Assembly: GCF_009914755.1 (NCBI RefSeq)
Contig: NC_060925.1
Length of the DNA stretch: 64,000 nucleotides
Origin: the human T2T-CHM13v2.0 reference genome, Homo sapiens
Strand: one strand, 5' to 3'
In this document: one piece after another, positions 1 to 14,169 of the stretch
How the letters are laid out: every line of letters begins with the position of its first letter
Position numbering within the stretch: position 1 is the first letter of the stretch
Translations under genes and position numbers: made by a program
Notes under the pieces: generated by a model
The model's database searches: none
The model's input: only the letters and a program-made list of their open reading frames with translations
Told to the model about the DNA's origin: nothing

Positions 1-48
1 CCACTATGTTTTGGGATGCTTTGTTACTCAGCAAGACCTAACTGATAA
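1..48 (+). mobile_element. 3' end of an MLT1-type MaLR LTR (cut by window edge)
   Basis: ccactatgttttggg...ttgttactcagcaa...taactgata resembles the MLT1 LTR terminus. Confidence 0.55.
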
Positions 49-499
49 AGTAACTGCAGCTAACTGATGCTCAATCATTCAACATGCCTCGGTGGAGCAC
101 CTAATTTGATCCTGTGTGATTGTGTACAGCTCTGTGAAGACTTTTCTTACCTGCCACCTACTGGTTCTGTTGGCGTGAACAAGATTCTACTTCAGTGCCC
201 TTGTCCAGAACTTCATATTCCTGCTGGGACTAGAGCTGCCCTAATGCCTCCATTGACTTGGTTGGGCTACTCACCCCTGCTAAGTTCTTTTTAGCCTCAC
301 ACTTGCTGAGTTCCTGCTTTGACTGGACAAATCACTTGTAATCACTATACATCACCTAGAGCACTTCTCAGCACCTAGGTGTCCACTCTTGGTCACACTG
401 GACCTACCTGGGTTTGGACACTGGCCTGAAGTGTGCATATGTTCATTGCCTTCCTTTAGACACTGCATTGACAACTGGATGAAGAATTATCCTGACTGC

Positions 500-836
500 C
501 TGGCTTAAAAAATAATGTATGTCCTCACAGTTCTGGAGGCTGGAAGTCCATGATCCAGGTTTCAGCAGGGTTGATTTTTTTCTGAGGCCTCCCACCTCAG
601 CTTATTGATCTTCTCCCTGTGAATTTTTGTCACCTTCCCTCTGTATGTGTCTATGTCCTCATCTCCTCTTCTTGGAAGGACAACAGTCATATTGAGTTAG
701 GGTCTATCCCAATAACTTCGTTTTAACTTAATTATCTCTTTAGAGATCCCATCTTCAAAAACAGTCACATTGTGAGGTACTGGGAGTTAGGATTTTAACA
801 TATGAATTTTGGAAGGACACAGCTCAGCTCAAAACA
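500..836 (-). mobile_element. MLT1B-like MaLR solo LTR
   Basis: ctcacagttctggaggctggaagtcc...cagtcacattgtgaggtactgggagttaggattttaacatatgaattttgg matches the MLT1A/B reverse complement. Confidence 0.8.
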
Positions 837-1299
837 CTCCCCAAATCCCCATGATGCTCAGTCTAGCTTTCTTTGTGTCCCTCTGACCTGTGCATTTGAG
901 GTCTCCGCATGCTGGACCTCCAAGGCCCCTGAGCTGTAACAGTTAGGTTTACATGAATATTTTTCCCTGCATATCATTTCTTGGTCATTGAGGTGACAGT
1001 GCCCAGTTTTCATTTGTACCTAGTTGGCTTTCATACTTATTAGCAATAATAGTTTTGGTAGTATTTGTTTGCTGAAATGAAGAGGCATGAGTCATGTGAA
1101 TGTAAACTGCTAGGACCAGATCCACATAGCCACTTCCCAGACGGTGCAGTAGCTGCTCTTCCCACATTCAGCCTGCAAAAGGCCAGGGTCCAAGTGGTAT
1201 ATGCTTGGAGGTGGTGCTGCAGGAGGCAGGGTCTATGTCAGTCCCAGAAGAATCACAAGTTTCTCGGATAAGAAGCAGCCAAAGCCCAGGAAGCAGCAC

Positions 1300-1460
1300 A
1301 GAATCACAGAATGCTTCAGAGTGAGGTAGAGCTACATTTGATCCCAGCTCCACCAGCTGCTACTATGGCCTTGGGCAAGCCATTTTACTTCTCTAGACCC
1401 CAGTCACCTCATCTGTAAAGCAGGGAGAGAACCTCCTCCCTCACAGAGCTAGTAGTGCCA
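1300..1460 (+). mobile_element. MIR SINE fragment
   Basis: MIR core ccttgggcaagccattttacttctct...cctcatctgtaaa. Confidence 0.75.
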
Positions 1461-1629
1461 AGCTCTGTGCCCAGCCCATATCTCATTGAAAGGAGAACAG
1501 ACTCTGAGCTGGGAAGACAGGAGAGGCCCATCTGCAACCTTTTGGGGATACTGACATCTCATGGAGTGGTTGAATAACATCAGTCTGAAAGCCTATTCAG
1601 AATTTTTTCTTCCTTTAAGCTCCCTCTAC

Positions 1630-1845
1630 TTGTGTGTGTATATACTTGTATATACAAGTACATACAGGATGCATATATAGGATATACGGTATGCATACAA
1701 ACAAGAAGCACTATCCATAGGCTATGGACACACATGAATACACAGAGCACACACATCCATGCACACAGGGACTCGCACATCCCCAGGCCATCCCTCCCCT
1801 ACAGATAGACACATGTGCACAAGTGTGCACATACAGACACTAACA
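1630..1845. repeat. degenerate (CA/TA)-rich low-complexity tract
   Basis: interrupted tatata/cacaca runs. Confidence 0.6.
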
Positions 1846-2004
1846 CTCCCAGGCCCAGTTCACCATGGCTGTCTCCCTTTATAAAATGAGAGTCTCAGTT
1901 CATCATTATATGGTTTCCAATCACCAGGTCTTGTTTCCCCCACCATATATCTAAAATTAAATACAAAGAGGGGAAAAACCCAAGCCGAGAGTAGGAAGCC
2001 ATAC

Positions 2005-2395
2005 GTACAGATTGCAATCACCACACAATGTTGCTGGTTGAAAGAAATGGATGTTGAGCATTGAATGTTAAAAATTGTGTTGAATTAGATAAGAAAATCC
2101 CGTGTAGACTTTGTTAATGATTCATAATCAGCTAATAAGCTCATCTTGAGGAGAATAATGATCCGCGGACCTGTTGGCTCGTTTATCACTGTGTTTTACA
2201 ACATTGGCAAAGAAACTAATTAAATCCCCGCATCATTACAGAGAATCCCTTTTAATAGAGATACAATGATGCACTAGAGGCTACAGATTACGCTGCAAAT
2301 TGTACCAGGAGATTTTGGACAGCGGGCTTTAATTAACATGTGAGCCAGGAGCAGCTCGTTTAAATAATAACCAGCGCTGGAACCATCTGCAAGTA
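2005..2395. promoter_or_regulatory. candidate conserved non-coding enhancer (island 1)
   Basis: no recognisable repeat; AT-rich with retained CpGs; TAATTA 2217-2222, TTAATTAA 2329-2336, palindrome GATTGCAATC 2010-2019; function inferred only. Confidence 0.5.
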
Positions 2396-4129
2396 AAGCC
2401 AGGCAGCAGGAGGAGGTGGGACTGAGGCCTTGGAGGCAAGCAGGGCGTAGGCTGTGGCTAGGGAGTGTTTTGGAGTCAGGGCTCTGGGGAGATTGGAGAA
2501 ACTGAGGCAGGGCTCAGCTCCAGAGGGCAAGGGAGAAACAAGAACTGGGGCATGTTGGGGTCGAGAATCAGACCAGGTGAAGAAATGCAGCTGTTGCTGG
2601 AGAATTTGGAAGCTGGCTCCACACTGATGGTGGCAGCAGAGCCAGATGAGCTCTCGGTAACCACCCCCCCATTTTCCATGTGGAAAGAAAAAACTAAGAA
2701 AGACCATGCAATGAATGAGCATTCACCACAGACCGCTGCCTGGTGTGGATTCCATCTCTTGCATGCCAGTCAGCTCAGCACTTTGCTAAGACCTGCTGGA
2801 CAGCAGGCTGGGCAGGTGTCTTGAGTGGGATCCAGCCCTCTTGATTTTACTTGGAGGTGAGGAATGCTTAAGTGGCATAGCCAGCGAGCCCTTGGTAAAA
2901 CCAGAGTCCAACACTTTCCTTCCATGGTCTTCTGTAGTCTGGCTTTCAAAGCGAAACTTTGGCCAGAGGCCAGCAGACACACAGAAGTACCAGTGGGCAA
3001 AAAGGCAGACAACTGAGGAGTAAAGCAAGAAACTGTTGGCTATGAGGGGCACACACATTCTTGGAAATGAGTTCCTGACACAGGGCAAACTTTATGCCTT
3101 TAGGGCAAATGTTCATCCTCCTGGGAGGCCTGAAGGCTCCCCTGGAGAGGCTGCTCCTGCTGAGCTGAAATTCCTGAGGGAACAGGCCTATTTGGGGGCT
3201 GCCTGGGTCACATAGCAACTCCTTGGCCTTAGCCTGAACTGCTTGTCATTAATTTTTCTTGGCGGTCCCCAAGTCTCGGTACTTCTCTGTTCCCTCTTCA
3301 AGATCCACCCTTTCCTTCCCAGGCTGAGGCTCAACGCTGAGGTGGCCTGTGCCACAGGCAGCATCACAGTCTTCAGAGAGGCTTTTCTGACAGTTGTGGA
3401 GAAGATAAACTACCTGCACAGGCAAGAGGCGAGAAGGAGTTCTTTCCAAGTTCATGTCCTTCTCTTGGAGAAAACAAGCTGAAGGCTTCCTCCACTGTGG
3501 CTTGTATATTATTATTATTTTAAGATCAGCAGCAAAATGATTCATAAAACCTTGGAAACAGATTTAGTGTAAAGCCTCAAAGAACAAGAGCTCATTGTGC
3601 ACTGCGACTCCCACCTGATGTTCTGCCAAAGGCGTGATACAGGCTTCTTCGAGATGGAGCTGCACCCAACAGTCACTTCCCAGCCTGCACTTCTCCTGAG
3701 CTCCCATGGCAACACCAGGAGGATCAGCCCAGCATCCTGTTAGCATCACTAAGAAGTACCCACCCTGTACATAGGCCCCAGGATCACCCCAGGGCTGGAA
3801 CACAATTTGTATATTGGAGGTACTGCCAACACCATGCACACAGGCTTTTCAAGCTAAACTCAGCCCCACCATGCACGTGCACCTGCACACGCACACACTC
3901 ACACACACACATAGAGGTACCTGCATAAGCACGCACATGTTAATCCCTCTCACCCTGTTTCCACCCTTGAGGCTGAGAGTTCTGAGCCACTGGGTCCTCC
4001 TCCTCCTCTCGCTTTAGCCCGTCTGGGTCAGTTGTCTCACATGGGCCACATGTCCCACATCCTTCCCTCTTCTCTGTCTCCTCATACTCACATGGCTTCA
4101 GAGTAAACAGCAGTCAGATTGGGAGTAAG

Positions 4130-4277
4130 TCAGATGCCATGTAGCTCAACCTCCTCACTTTATAGATGAGGAGGGGGGCGGTGCAGATCAGAAGGAAGGA
4201 ACCTGTTATCATGCATGTCACAATGGTAAGCAGGACCAGAGTTCGCTTACTCCCAGGCAGGCACTATTCCACTGTGC
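4130..4277 (-). mobile_element. MIR fragment
   Basis: caacctcctcactttatagatgagga...ctattccactgtgc. Confidence 0.55.
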
Positions 4278-4295
4278 AATAAAAAGGTCTCTTGT

Positions 4296-4602
<307 letters not shown>

Positions 4603-5247
4603 GGTCTCTTGTCACCCTCTCAGCTGCCTGCCTCTTTGGGATTTTTCAGCAAAACCAGCACAATTGTTTCCTATCTGGTCTCTACTTCCCAACCCACCCT
4701 TTCCACGAGACCCTCCAGCTCCTGCTCTGAAGCTATCAGAACCTCCAGCATGGCTTAGGTAGTGAGTCAGGTCCAAGGACTTCAAATATGGGAGGGACGG
4801 GTCCAACCTGCTCATTTTGATAAAGAAGGAAATTGAGGCTCTGGGAGGTTGGGGAGTGGTGGTGGATGGATGACCCTGACCACTGGTCCAACTTTTGGGA
4901 AGAGTAACAAAATAGTCCCAGAAACAGACGTTATGACATTATTGCAAAAGCTGCTGCTGCCTTTGATCAACAGACAGGGCAGGTGGCTGCTACCTAGGCA
5001 GAGACCAAGACTTGTGCAGTGGCTGGAGGGAAGCCAGGGCAACTTTCTTCCATGCAGTGCCTACAGATGAGCATCTCCCTCTGTTTTTTCTAATGGTGCC
5101 CTGGGGCCAACCAGCAATTCTAGGTGGCCAGATCCCTACCTTACAATGCAGGTAAGAAGCTGATGGAAATGTGTACTCTGGAGTCAGCCAGACCTGGGTT
5201 TAAATCCCACTTCACCCCTACCTCAGCTCTAGCATAGCCACGATTCT

Positions 5248-5672
5248 CAGTGTTGTATTAGAGCTGACTCATGAGAGCTGCTTGTTACATTTCAGGAATT
5301 TTGTGAACCAGTCATTAAACACAACCATTGTTAAAGTTTAAAGTATATAAACTTACATAATTTATGTCTAAAACAAATGTAATAAACACTGAAAGTCACA
5401 TCATTTTCTAATTATTTTATTGTGATTTCTACTCTAGAGATAGTACTCTGGAGGCTGTCTGCTGTATCTGTAGGGAGGAAATATTATACAATGGTGTGGT
5501 AACCCATGTCTCTTCCCAACCCCACGTGCAGGGATGTCACCTTAGTAGCCTGACATCAGCCAAGGTGAGAGTATTTACACCATGGAAATCAGGAAAGACT
5601 ACACATGCAGGCTTCATTTTTTTTTTTTTTTTTTTGAGAGCTGGTTATTACATGTTTACTGGCATGCCCATA
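5248..5672 (+). mobile_element. MER63(B)-like hAT-Blackjack DNA transposon
   Basis: ttcaggaattttgtgaacc...tctcttcccaac...gagtatttacaccatggaaat; degenerate termini cagtgttgt... and ...tttactggcatgccca. Confidence 0.8.
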
Positions 5673-5679
5673 ATTGTAT

Positions 5680-6150
<471 letters not shown>

Positions 6151-6349
6151 GTAAATTTGAATTTTCACCTTGAGCAGAGTGTGACTGCAACACTGCTCTC
6201 TTCAGGTCTCTGGCCGGCAGGAGGCCTTCCTCCAGTGACTGACATGCAGGACTGCGGTGCGGCTGCAGCTGCTGTGCACGTCCTTGCAGATCTAAGGGTG
6301 GTGGCTGGGGCAGAATGTCCAGAAAGCCATGTGTGCTATGGGAGGAATA

Positions 6350-6566
6350 CCTGCTTTGGAGGGAAGAAAGACCTGGATTTAAAGCCCGGCTTGTTGCTGC
6401 TATCTTAGATCTGCATCATCCTGAGCAACCTAGAGGCCTGGGTTTCTCATCTTTACAGTAGGGATAATACCACCTCACATGGTTGGCTTGAGAATTAAAC
6501 AAGTGAATATTTCTAAAGCACTTGACATGGTGTTGCTTGCAATAAGCATGAAATAAATGTTTATTT
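6350..6566 (+). mobile_element. MIR
   Basis: agacctggatttaaagccc...tttctcatctttacagtagggataatacc...aaagcacttg...aataaatgtt. Confidence 0.75.
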
Positions 6567-7149
6567 CCTTTCTTCTTTCTTCCACTCATCCTCCCAGTAA
6601 AAATTCTCTGTTGTCATCCAGGCCAACGATAGGCTGGGAGCACTGATGCAGACAGGCTGCTTCCCTCTGGAGGTGGCATCTTTGGTTTCTATGCCAACCT
6701 CTTGGTCCATGTTCTTCCCCATGACTGGAGCAGCTTGGAGCTTTCTGCCACTTGGTGGGATTCTGTGATGCTGCATTGGGCTTCAGGAGGCTTCAAAGCC
6801 AGAGAGGTGAGAAGGTAGGAGAAGCTATAAGAAGCAGGAGTCTGGGACACCAATAACATGCTCTGCCCCTGCCTGCCTTCATTGTCTCACCCACCTGCCT
6901 TCCTCCTCCTCAGCACTTGACATTCCCTGCTGCTGCATAGAGGTCATCACTGCATGGCTGTGGTCTGACTCCATCCTAAAGCACCACCATGGCTGCCACC
7001 ACTGCTAAAGCCATGATGCCCAGTGCAGCAGATGTGGCCACTAGAGGTTCTGCCATGTCCAGAGTCTGGCCACTGGGGACCCACGCTCAGCATGGTGTGG
7101 CTAAAGACCTCCTTCCCCATCTCCCTCCCTTCCCCTCCAGCTTCCCAGT

Positions 7150-8592
7150 CATAAACCTATCCATACCCAATCTCAGGCCTGTCTTCTTTCATCTCATCTG
7201 GGAGGCAGAGCCAACCTTCCTGTTTTTCCGGCCAGGCAGACTCTGCATCCAGTCCCCAGGATCCTGTCAATCCTGCTCTGACAATCACCTCCACTCTGTC
7301 TCAGAGCTCCAACCTCACTCCTCCTCTCCCTCTCTCCTGGCTAGTTCTTCTTGGATTGGATTATGAACAAACAGAACATTTTTCATCTAAAAATAAAATC
7401 CACCTCCCTCAACTCAATGATTATTTATCCTCATTGCCTTTTTTCTCTCCTTTTCAAAGCCAGATTCTTGGAAGGGTGGGCACCATCTTCACTTCCTTAT
7501 CTCCCTCTCACTTCTCTCCCCATCACATTCCAATTTTCACTCCCACGGAAACCAATCTCATTAAGGACTCCATGTTGCTTCTTCTGAATCTAATGATTAT
7601 TTTCAGCCTTCCCAGGACTTCTCTGAGCCTATTTGACACCTGACCACCGTCCTTTTTTTGGAAACCCTCTCCTACCTCATGTGGCAGTGTCCTGGGTCTC
7701 CTCTTATCTCTCTGACTCCTCTTCCGACCCCTCTGCTTCGGCCCTTCCTACCCCTTCATTGTTGGTGATCCTCGAGGTTCTGTGTCCAGACCTCCTCTCT
7801 TCCCACCATAAACACCTTCCCTAAGCACTCAAGTCCCTCCCTTCTCCCATCGACTCTGATGACTCCCCAGGCCAAGTTTCTCTCCTGACTTCAGACCTGA
7901 AGTCAGCACACCCATCCCAGTATGGTGACACTCAGCAGCTCAAACTCAGTAGGTCTGAAAAGTGATCGCTCTCCCCTTGACGCTCTCCTTCCTGCTGTGT
8001 TCCACTCAGCAAGGCATCCCTCCAGGCACCCACATAAGAAACTGGATGCTCTCCCAGGTTCCTCTTTTTTTTCTTGTCTCGTAGCTCATCCAGTTCTGTT
8101 GACTCTGTCTCTTTAAAACCCCTCAAATGTATCTACATCTCTCTGTTCCTACAGCCGCCCCACTGGCTTCTCATCCAGAGTATTCCAACAGCCTCTTAAC
8201 TGGGCTCAACATCAGGTCTTCCTCTACTTTCAACCTTTTCTACCACTGCCCAGCTGAAATGCAGATGTCAGTTGTGTGAAATCCTTCGGTGACCCTTCAG
8301 CTGCTTTCAGGTAGGCTGCAAAGTCCTTATCACGGAATGCAAGGCTCATGCAATTTCACCCCACCCATCTTCTCACTCTTGTCTCTTGTTACAAAGTTTT
8401 TCAGACTTTAGTTCTAATCACGCTGATCTCTTGCAGTACCCTGAATATAGCATGGTTACCATTACCCTGAAACATAAGCTCAATACAGACAAAGATTTGG
8501 GACTCTTTTGTTCACTGTTGCATCTCCAGCCCCTAGAATAGTGCCTGGCAGAGAGAGCCAGTGAGCAAAATCAGTGCGGTAAATGAATGAAT
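7150..8592 (+). mobile_element. L2 LINE 3' portion (possibly two L2 pieces)
   Basis: C/T-rich L2 body; L2a-type end ttcactgttgcatctccagcccctagaatagtgcctggca...aatgaatgaat. Confidence 0.75.
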
Positions 8593-8599
8593 ACCTTCT

Positions 8600-8815
8600 T
8601 GTCTTCTCTCTGGGAGATTCTTCTCCCACTTAGACATTCCCCTCCTCTAAAAGCCTTCCCACGCCTCATTGGCTGGGTCAGTGACCTGCCCTTTCCTCCC
8701 ACAGCACCCTCAGTGTCCCTGCCATATTGTTTATGTCTTTTCTTAGGAATCCCCACTGCTAAGCACAGAGCTTGGCACCCAGGAGGCACTTGTGCAATAA
8801 CTGTTGAGTAAATGC
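8600..8815 (+). mobile_element. L2 3' end fragment
   Basis: agcacagagcttggcacccaggaggcac...aataactgttgagtaaatg. Confidence 0.6.
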
Positions 8816-10019
8816 TGTACTGGATGGGGGCCAACCCATTTCAAGCCCACCTCTCTTTGTGCAGGAATTCTCCCCTTTCCTCAGTGACCACAACCCCCAG
8901 CTCAGCCTCCTCCCTAATGTTCTCATCATGACCCTTTGTGGCTTCTGCATCCCTACAGGGACTTTTCAGGGTCAACGAGGCTTGTAAACTCATTTGATGC
9001 AGCTGAGGGCATCACTGTTCAAAAGTCCCTCTCTGGGGAGCTAGAATTCTGGAGACTTGGTCAATGGTGTTGGGTCTTTCTGGTTTCTGCCTGAGAGGAT
9101 TCAATACAGGACCTCATCTCCCTGAGGAAGGGACCCCCAAGATCTAGGCAAGAAAAGGATCAGAGTGAGTCTATCCCTACAGACTGGGAGGTGGGAATGC
9201 TTCTGTGCTAACGAGGACTCAGGGTGTTGGCCATGGAAAGCAAGAGGGAAGCCCTGCCATACCTTGGAGGAAGGCAGTGACTTGGGGTACAAAGGAGCCA
9301 AGAAGTCACCTTAAGAACACCAGATGCTGGGCCTCATAAGGCTGCACAACTAAGTCCGACCCCTGTCTGCTGCTTGGAAAGAAACAGATGCTTATGGCCT
9401 CCCTTCCCCCATTAGGATGGTCTCCAGGAATGAGAAGACCCCAGCTCTGAAGAAGGGCCCTGTTGTTAGCTGCTCAGCCAGCCTAAGGTTGGTCCTGGAA
9501 TCCCAGTGACCCCCAAATTCCCTTGCCTTTTCCATATCCTTCTGTTTTGTCCCTTCTAAACCCTGTTTTCATCTTCAACAGGCTCTCACCCGCCTAATTC
9601 TCTTGATTCTCTTCATCCATCCTCCCAACCTTGACCCCATGGTCAAGGGCTCACAGCCTCCAAGCATCTTTTATGCTCCTCCAAGCATCCTGACTGCCTG
9701 TGTTCTGCAAATCCTGAACTCTGGAAGAACGATTCTCCTGCTTCTTTTCCTTCCTGAGCAGAGCAAGGAAGCCTTGCTGATTGTCTCCAGAAGATGGTTA
9801 TTTGGAGGCCCAAGTTGGAGCCCTCTCTGATCCTTTCATTTTGAGTGCCCCTGGATGAGAGCCCTAGTATGACTACCCCAGACCTTCTCCACTCTCCTCT
9901 GGGCACTTGCCTGAGACAAGTGAAGTCTCCTGGTCTTCTCAGAGAACAAAATAAGGAGAGACTGAAGCTGCTAGTTTCCTTCTTTTCCACATCAAAATTG
10001 CTGGGTATCTTCATTGCTT

Positions 10020-10360
10020 CCCTTCACCACTGGAGGTAGATTCCCTCTCCTATTCTGAGGCCAGTCCCTCCTCCTCTTTCTGTTATTCTGTTCTCACCCA
10101 ACTCCTGATACCTCTGAGACCTTACTCCATCAGTCACCTCCCCTTTCTTGCATTTCCAATCTTTCCCTTTCAGGTGACATTTTCCTCGAATCTTATAAAT
10201 GTGCTCAGGTCCTCCTGACCCCCTTGAGTGACTGCTCTATCTCTCTCCATCATTCAACTTGTCACTGCTGCCACTTCCTCACCACCCACTCCTTCCTTAA
10301 TCCTTGTGCAATCTGGCTTCCGCCCCCACTTCTCTATGGAAACTGCTCTTCTAATTTCTG
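10020..10360 (+). mobile_element. L2 internal fragment
   Basis: cctcaccacccactccttccttaatcc...caatctggcttccgcccc...gaaactgctctt. Confidence 0.6.
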
Positions 10361-10629
10361 TAGCAGCATGCTCATCACCAGATTGAATGTGTTCATGGCC
10401 CATAGGAAGCACCAAGAAAGGTCAGACCCCCCTCCCAGGACTGGCAAGGGCACTGGAAAGGTCAAGGCTGGTAGATGAGCATATTCAGTGGTAGATGCAC
10501 TCACAGATAAGTTGGTCTTTAAATGGCTGCACCCCTGTGCCTTATGCCCAGTCATCCTTGTGTGATCCTATTGGGTCAACAAACAAATGACCTCGCTCAG
10601 CAGCATCCTCCTTCCACTGCCACCATCAC

Positions 10630-10930
10630 ATGGTTCACTTTTCTCCAGGCATAACACTCCCAGTTCTCTAATATCCCCATAACCTGCTCCTGTTACGAAA
10701 CCATCCTCAGACTCCTCCCTACTCTCACCAGCCTCCTTGGAACGAAAATCTGATTGATCAGCCAAGCTGATCTCTGCCCTTTCTGTGAAGAACTGGTCAA
10801 CAGTAGCTTCATCTGCTAAAGAAGCAGGTGTTCTTAAGCCATCTGGCATATTGGTTCTGACTAGAAATGTATAACAGCAGGTCCAGCAAGTATGGTACCT
10901 TGGTATAGAAATATGATCTTTGCAATGGGT
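10630..10930 (-). mobile_element. possible L3/CR1 LINE fragment
   Basis: ttctccaggcataacactcccagttc...ccatcctc...gcctccttggaac resembles L3 antisense; heavily diverged. Confidence 0.4.
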
Positions 10931-11559
10931 TTTATGCAATTGAAAGTAACGTACTCACACTTCTTTAAAAGCATTCTGTAAATTTAGATGTTCTTTCCCT
11001 TTATTTCTCTACTTGGTAAGATGTTCCCTTATTTGTACCTTTTTTGGTACATTTTATCTTCAGTGGGCACTTGGTAAATGCCAAATGAATGGATAAACAC
11101 CTGAATGAGTGAATACGCATTGCAAACATTGGATTTTTCTTTGTAAATTTATCATAAGCCAACTGTCCCTTGCTAATGCTAAGACTGTCTTGTGAATATT
11201 GACCTTAGCCAGAGCCCTGTCTTTGGATATAACACAGAAGAAAACATGTCCTTGATGAATAAAAAGTTTAACTAAATCCACATGTCCAAGGGTGCTCTAT
11301 TTTCCAGCGCCTGGAGGCTCACCACTTTGTGGACTGTCTTACCCTTCCCTCCCCCATGGTGGGACAGTGACCCCCAGCCCTGCTCTACAAGCCCAGGGGT
11401 TGACTTGGGAGGCAGATCTTTAAACACATGTCTTGCCAGGACATTCTTCAGCACTTCCTCCTGCCAAAGGGTGTCATGGGGGAAGCCACAGTGCTGGCTG
11501 AAGCATTAGGGTGGTGCCCATCAGAGTGACCAGCCTCCTGCAGAATCCAGCTCACTGCC

Positions 11560-12100
11560 TCCCTGCCATTGATTTGGCTGGAATCTTTATTGTCTGCTCA
11601 AATGTAATTAAAGAGTCCTCTGATGGTGCCAATTAAAGACTCGGAGGGACGGGAGCGGGTGCTCACGGCATCACATGGTGCTGCGCGGTGAAGCTGTAAA
11701 CATCCATTAGCCATTACAGTTCTCATTAGTCCTTGAAAAACAACTCATTAGTGTCCATAGAACTGACAGGTAAATACAGCTAATGGGCTAAATCTATCAA
11801 TAAATTCATTGTGTGCAAAATCAGGGTTTCTGTCATTGTGCTGCTTGCGGTGACTAATCAGAAGGTTAAATACTCCTCCTGCAAAAATATATATAAGTTG
11901 CAAAGCACTTAGCCTGATAGACTGTGAAAAAATGGCATGTGAGAAACTAATGAAGACATCAAAGGCTTTATTTATACGTAGGGTGGGTTCATTTCAAGTT
12001 CAGGTTGCTATGAACTGTCACAGCTGTTTAGCTGAGACTAAATTTTAGAAAGCATATTGATTTGTTTTAATTTAAATGGGGCAGTTTACAAAAGCTGCTT
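11560..12100. promoter_or_regulatory. candidate conserved non-coding enhancer (island 2)
   Basis: repeat-free; TAATTA 11605-11610, TGTAAACA 11695-11702, four CATTA, TGACAG 11764-11769, CATTGT x2, ACATCAAAG 11956-11964. Confidence 0.6.
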
Positions 12101-13369
12101 GAATCTGAAGTTATTCCAGAAATGATTGCTCAGTGCATGGTGGCAGGGAGGTCTCTGCTTGCTTCTCCAGCCACCCCAGGGAACATCTCCAGAGAAGATG
12201 TTCATCCTGTTGCTGTCGGGGCAAAGGGATCCCAGCAGTGAAGGACTGCAGAGTTGGACATGCTCTTCGGGCACATCTGCCTCCACCCCTTCATGGTGCA
12301 GAGGGGAAACTGATGCCCAGGTCCAGGGTAATTTGATATGTTTGTGGCAGAGCCCAGGTCTGTTACGCCATTGCCTCCCTGCCTGACGTTGCCCATTTCG
12401 CTCCAGAGAAACCATAATGCTTTTGAGATGGGCAGAGTCCCTGAAAGATGGGGCAGTCACCCTGGGTATTTGCTCTACTTCTCCACCCTTGGCCATCTCC
12501 ACCCCAGCTGCAGCTGCCTTAATCCAGGAGTGCCACAACTTCCTATTGTCTACATCCGGCTCAGCCTCTGCCCTTGGACTTCTGTGCTTTTGGGAGCAGT
12601 GGAAGCTCAGCTGCTTCCTTTTAGCTAAGAAACTTCCATCTCCAGCTGACTCTTTCCCAGCCCTCTGCTAAAATACTCTTCTTTTGACCTTGTTAAATGT
12701 GAGGAAGGACTTCCTCATCACAAAAGGATAAAGCATTAGGAGAGAGGTTATAAACTGGTCCTTGGTAAGCTATGTCTGACCTCTCTGCCCTAACCTGCAG
12801 GGTTTTTAAAATTTGAATTTGTAATCAGCATAAAAACTGGGTGATTTTACATAAGAATTTGGCATCCCAGCTTCTTTTGGGAAATCTGAAGATCTGGCTA
12901 CACTGGTCTTATTGCCTGCCTGGCCCAGGTCCCTGGAGCCCTTCGGATGGGGCCTGTGCTTTCCCCACACCCCCATGTCCTCCCAGCCCATTGCCCGAAT
13001 TAGAACAGAGCAGCACCTTCTTTGATGGCCACAGGGAATGCCACCGTTTGCTGCTACCTCCACAATGACTTCTGAATGTCCTGAGTCACTCTGTGTCACT
13101 AGCTTCAGATCTAAACCCCAGGCAGGTACAGCTAGCTGACTGTTGGGGTTCATCTCTTGCTTCAGCGGTAGGGGTTAAGGAGAGCAAGTCCCTGTGGTTG
13201 TAGCTCCCGGCATGCAGAATAGGCCCTACCTCCCCATGGGACTCCCAGAATGGTGGATCCCAAATCTGAGAAGGGCTTTCAGAGGTTGAGCAGTTATAGA
13301 GATGATAAGTGTTCACTCCAGCTCCTAATGTGTCTCCCTAAAACTGCTTTTGTTTCCCCCAGTTCATGC

Positions 13370-14078
13370 TTCTTGAAGCTTCTCTTAAAGAAGCAAATCT
13401 AAGCACATGGTTCTCCTGCGTAGAAGACTTCACTGTCCTCCCACTGTTTTTAAGACAAAGCCCAGAGCCCTTGCAATGCTGTGCAAGGTTCTCAGCTCTG
13501 GCCCTGCCTCCCTCCCGCACTGTGCGCATGCCCCTCTTCTCTTCCCTCTGCTCCAGCATCAGTGCCCTTCTTTTAGTCCTTCCAACAAGTCTTATTGGCT
13601 TCTCCCTCCTGAGGGCTTCAGCACCCTCTATTCTTCCCAGACTGGAATGTTGTTTTCCAGATATTTGCATGTGTAGCTCCTTCGTTCCTGGCTCAGCAAG
13701 CTTCTTCTTTCCTCACAGCATTGCTAAGCTGATCATGGGGCCTCTATGCTTGCTATTCCTCCTGCTTGGAATGTTTTCCCTGGATCTTTCCATTGCTAGC
13801 TCCATCTCATCACTCAGGTGCCAGCCCGAATATCACCTCCTCAGAAACTCTTTTGCAACACTCTCCTAACCCGTCACGCTTCTTTATGGCATTGAGCGTG
13901 GTCTGAATTTATATAGTTTCCTTGTTTGAGTTCTTGGCAATTTTCTAACTTGCCTTCCTGCCTAGAATACAAGCTTCATGAGAGCATGACATTATCTCTC
14001 TTGTTCACAGGCACATCCTTTGTGACTTGAAGAATGCTTGCTGTGAAAGTTGTTCAATAAATAACTGTCAACTGAATT
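13370..14078 (+). mobile_element. L2 3' portion
   Basis: ctagaatacaagcttcatgagagc...ttgttcac...ttcaataaataactg L2 terminus. Confidence 0.75.
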
Positions 14079-14169
14079 GCATCAAAGAGCACTGGAGCTG
14101 GAACAAAACTTGGAGATGACCTGAGCAGAACTTCTCAGTTTTATAAGGGCACTGAGGCCCAAGTGACCA

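Noticed and set aside
13366-13869. 167-aa hydrophobic ORF
   Set aside because: Lies inside a C/T-rich L2; no recognisable domain.
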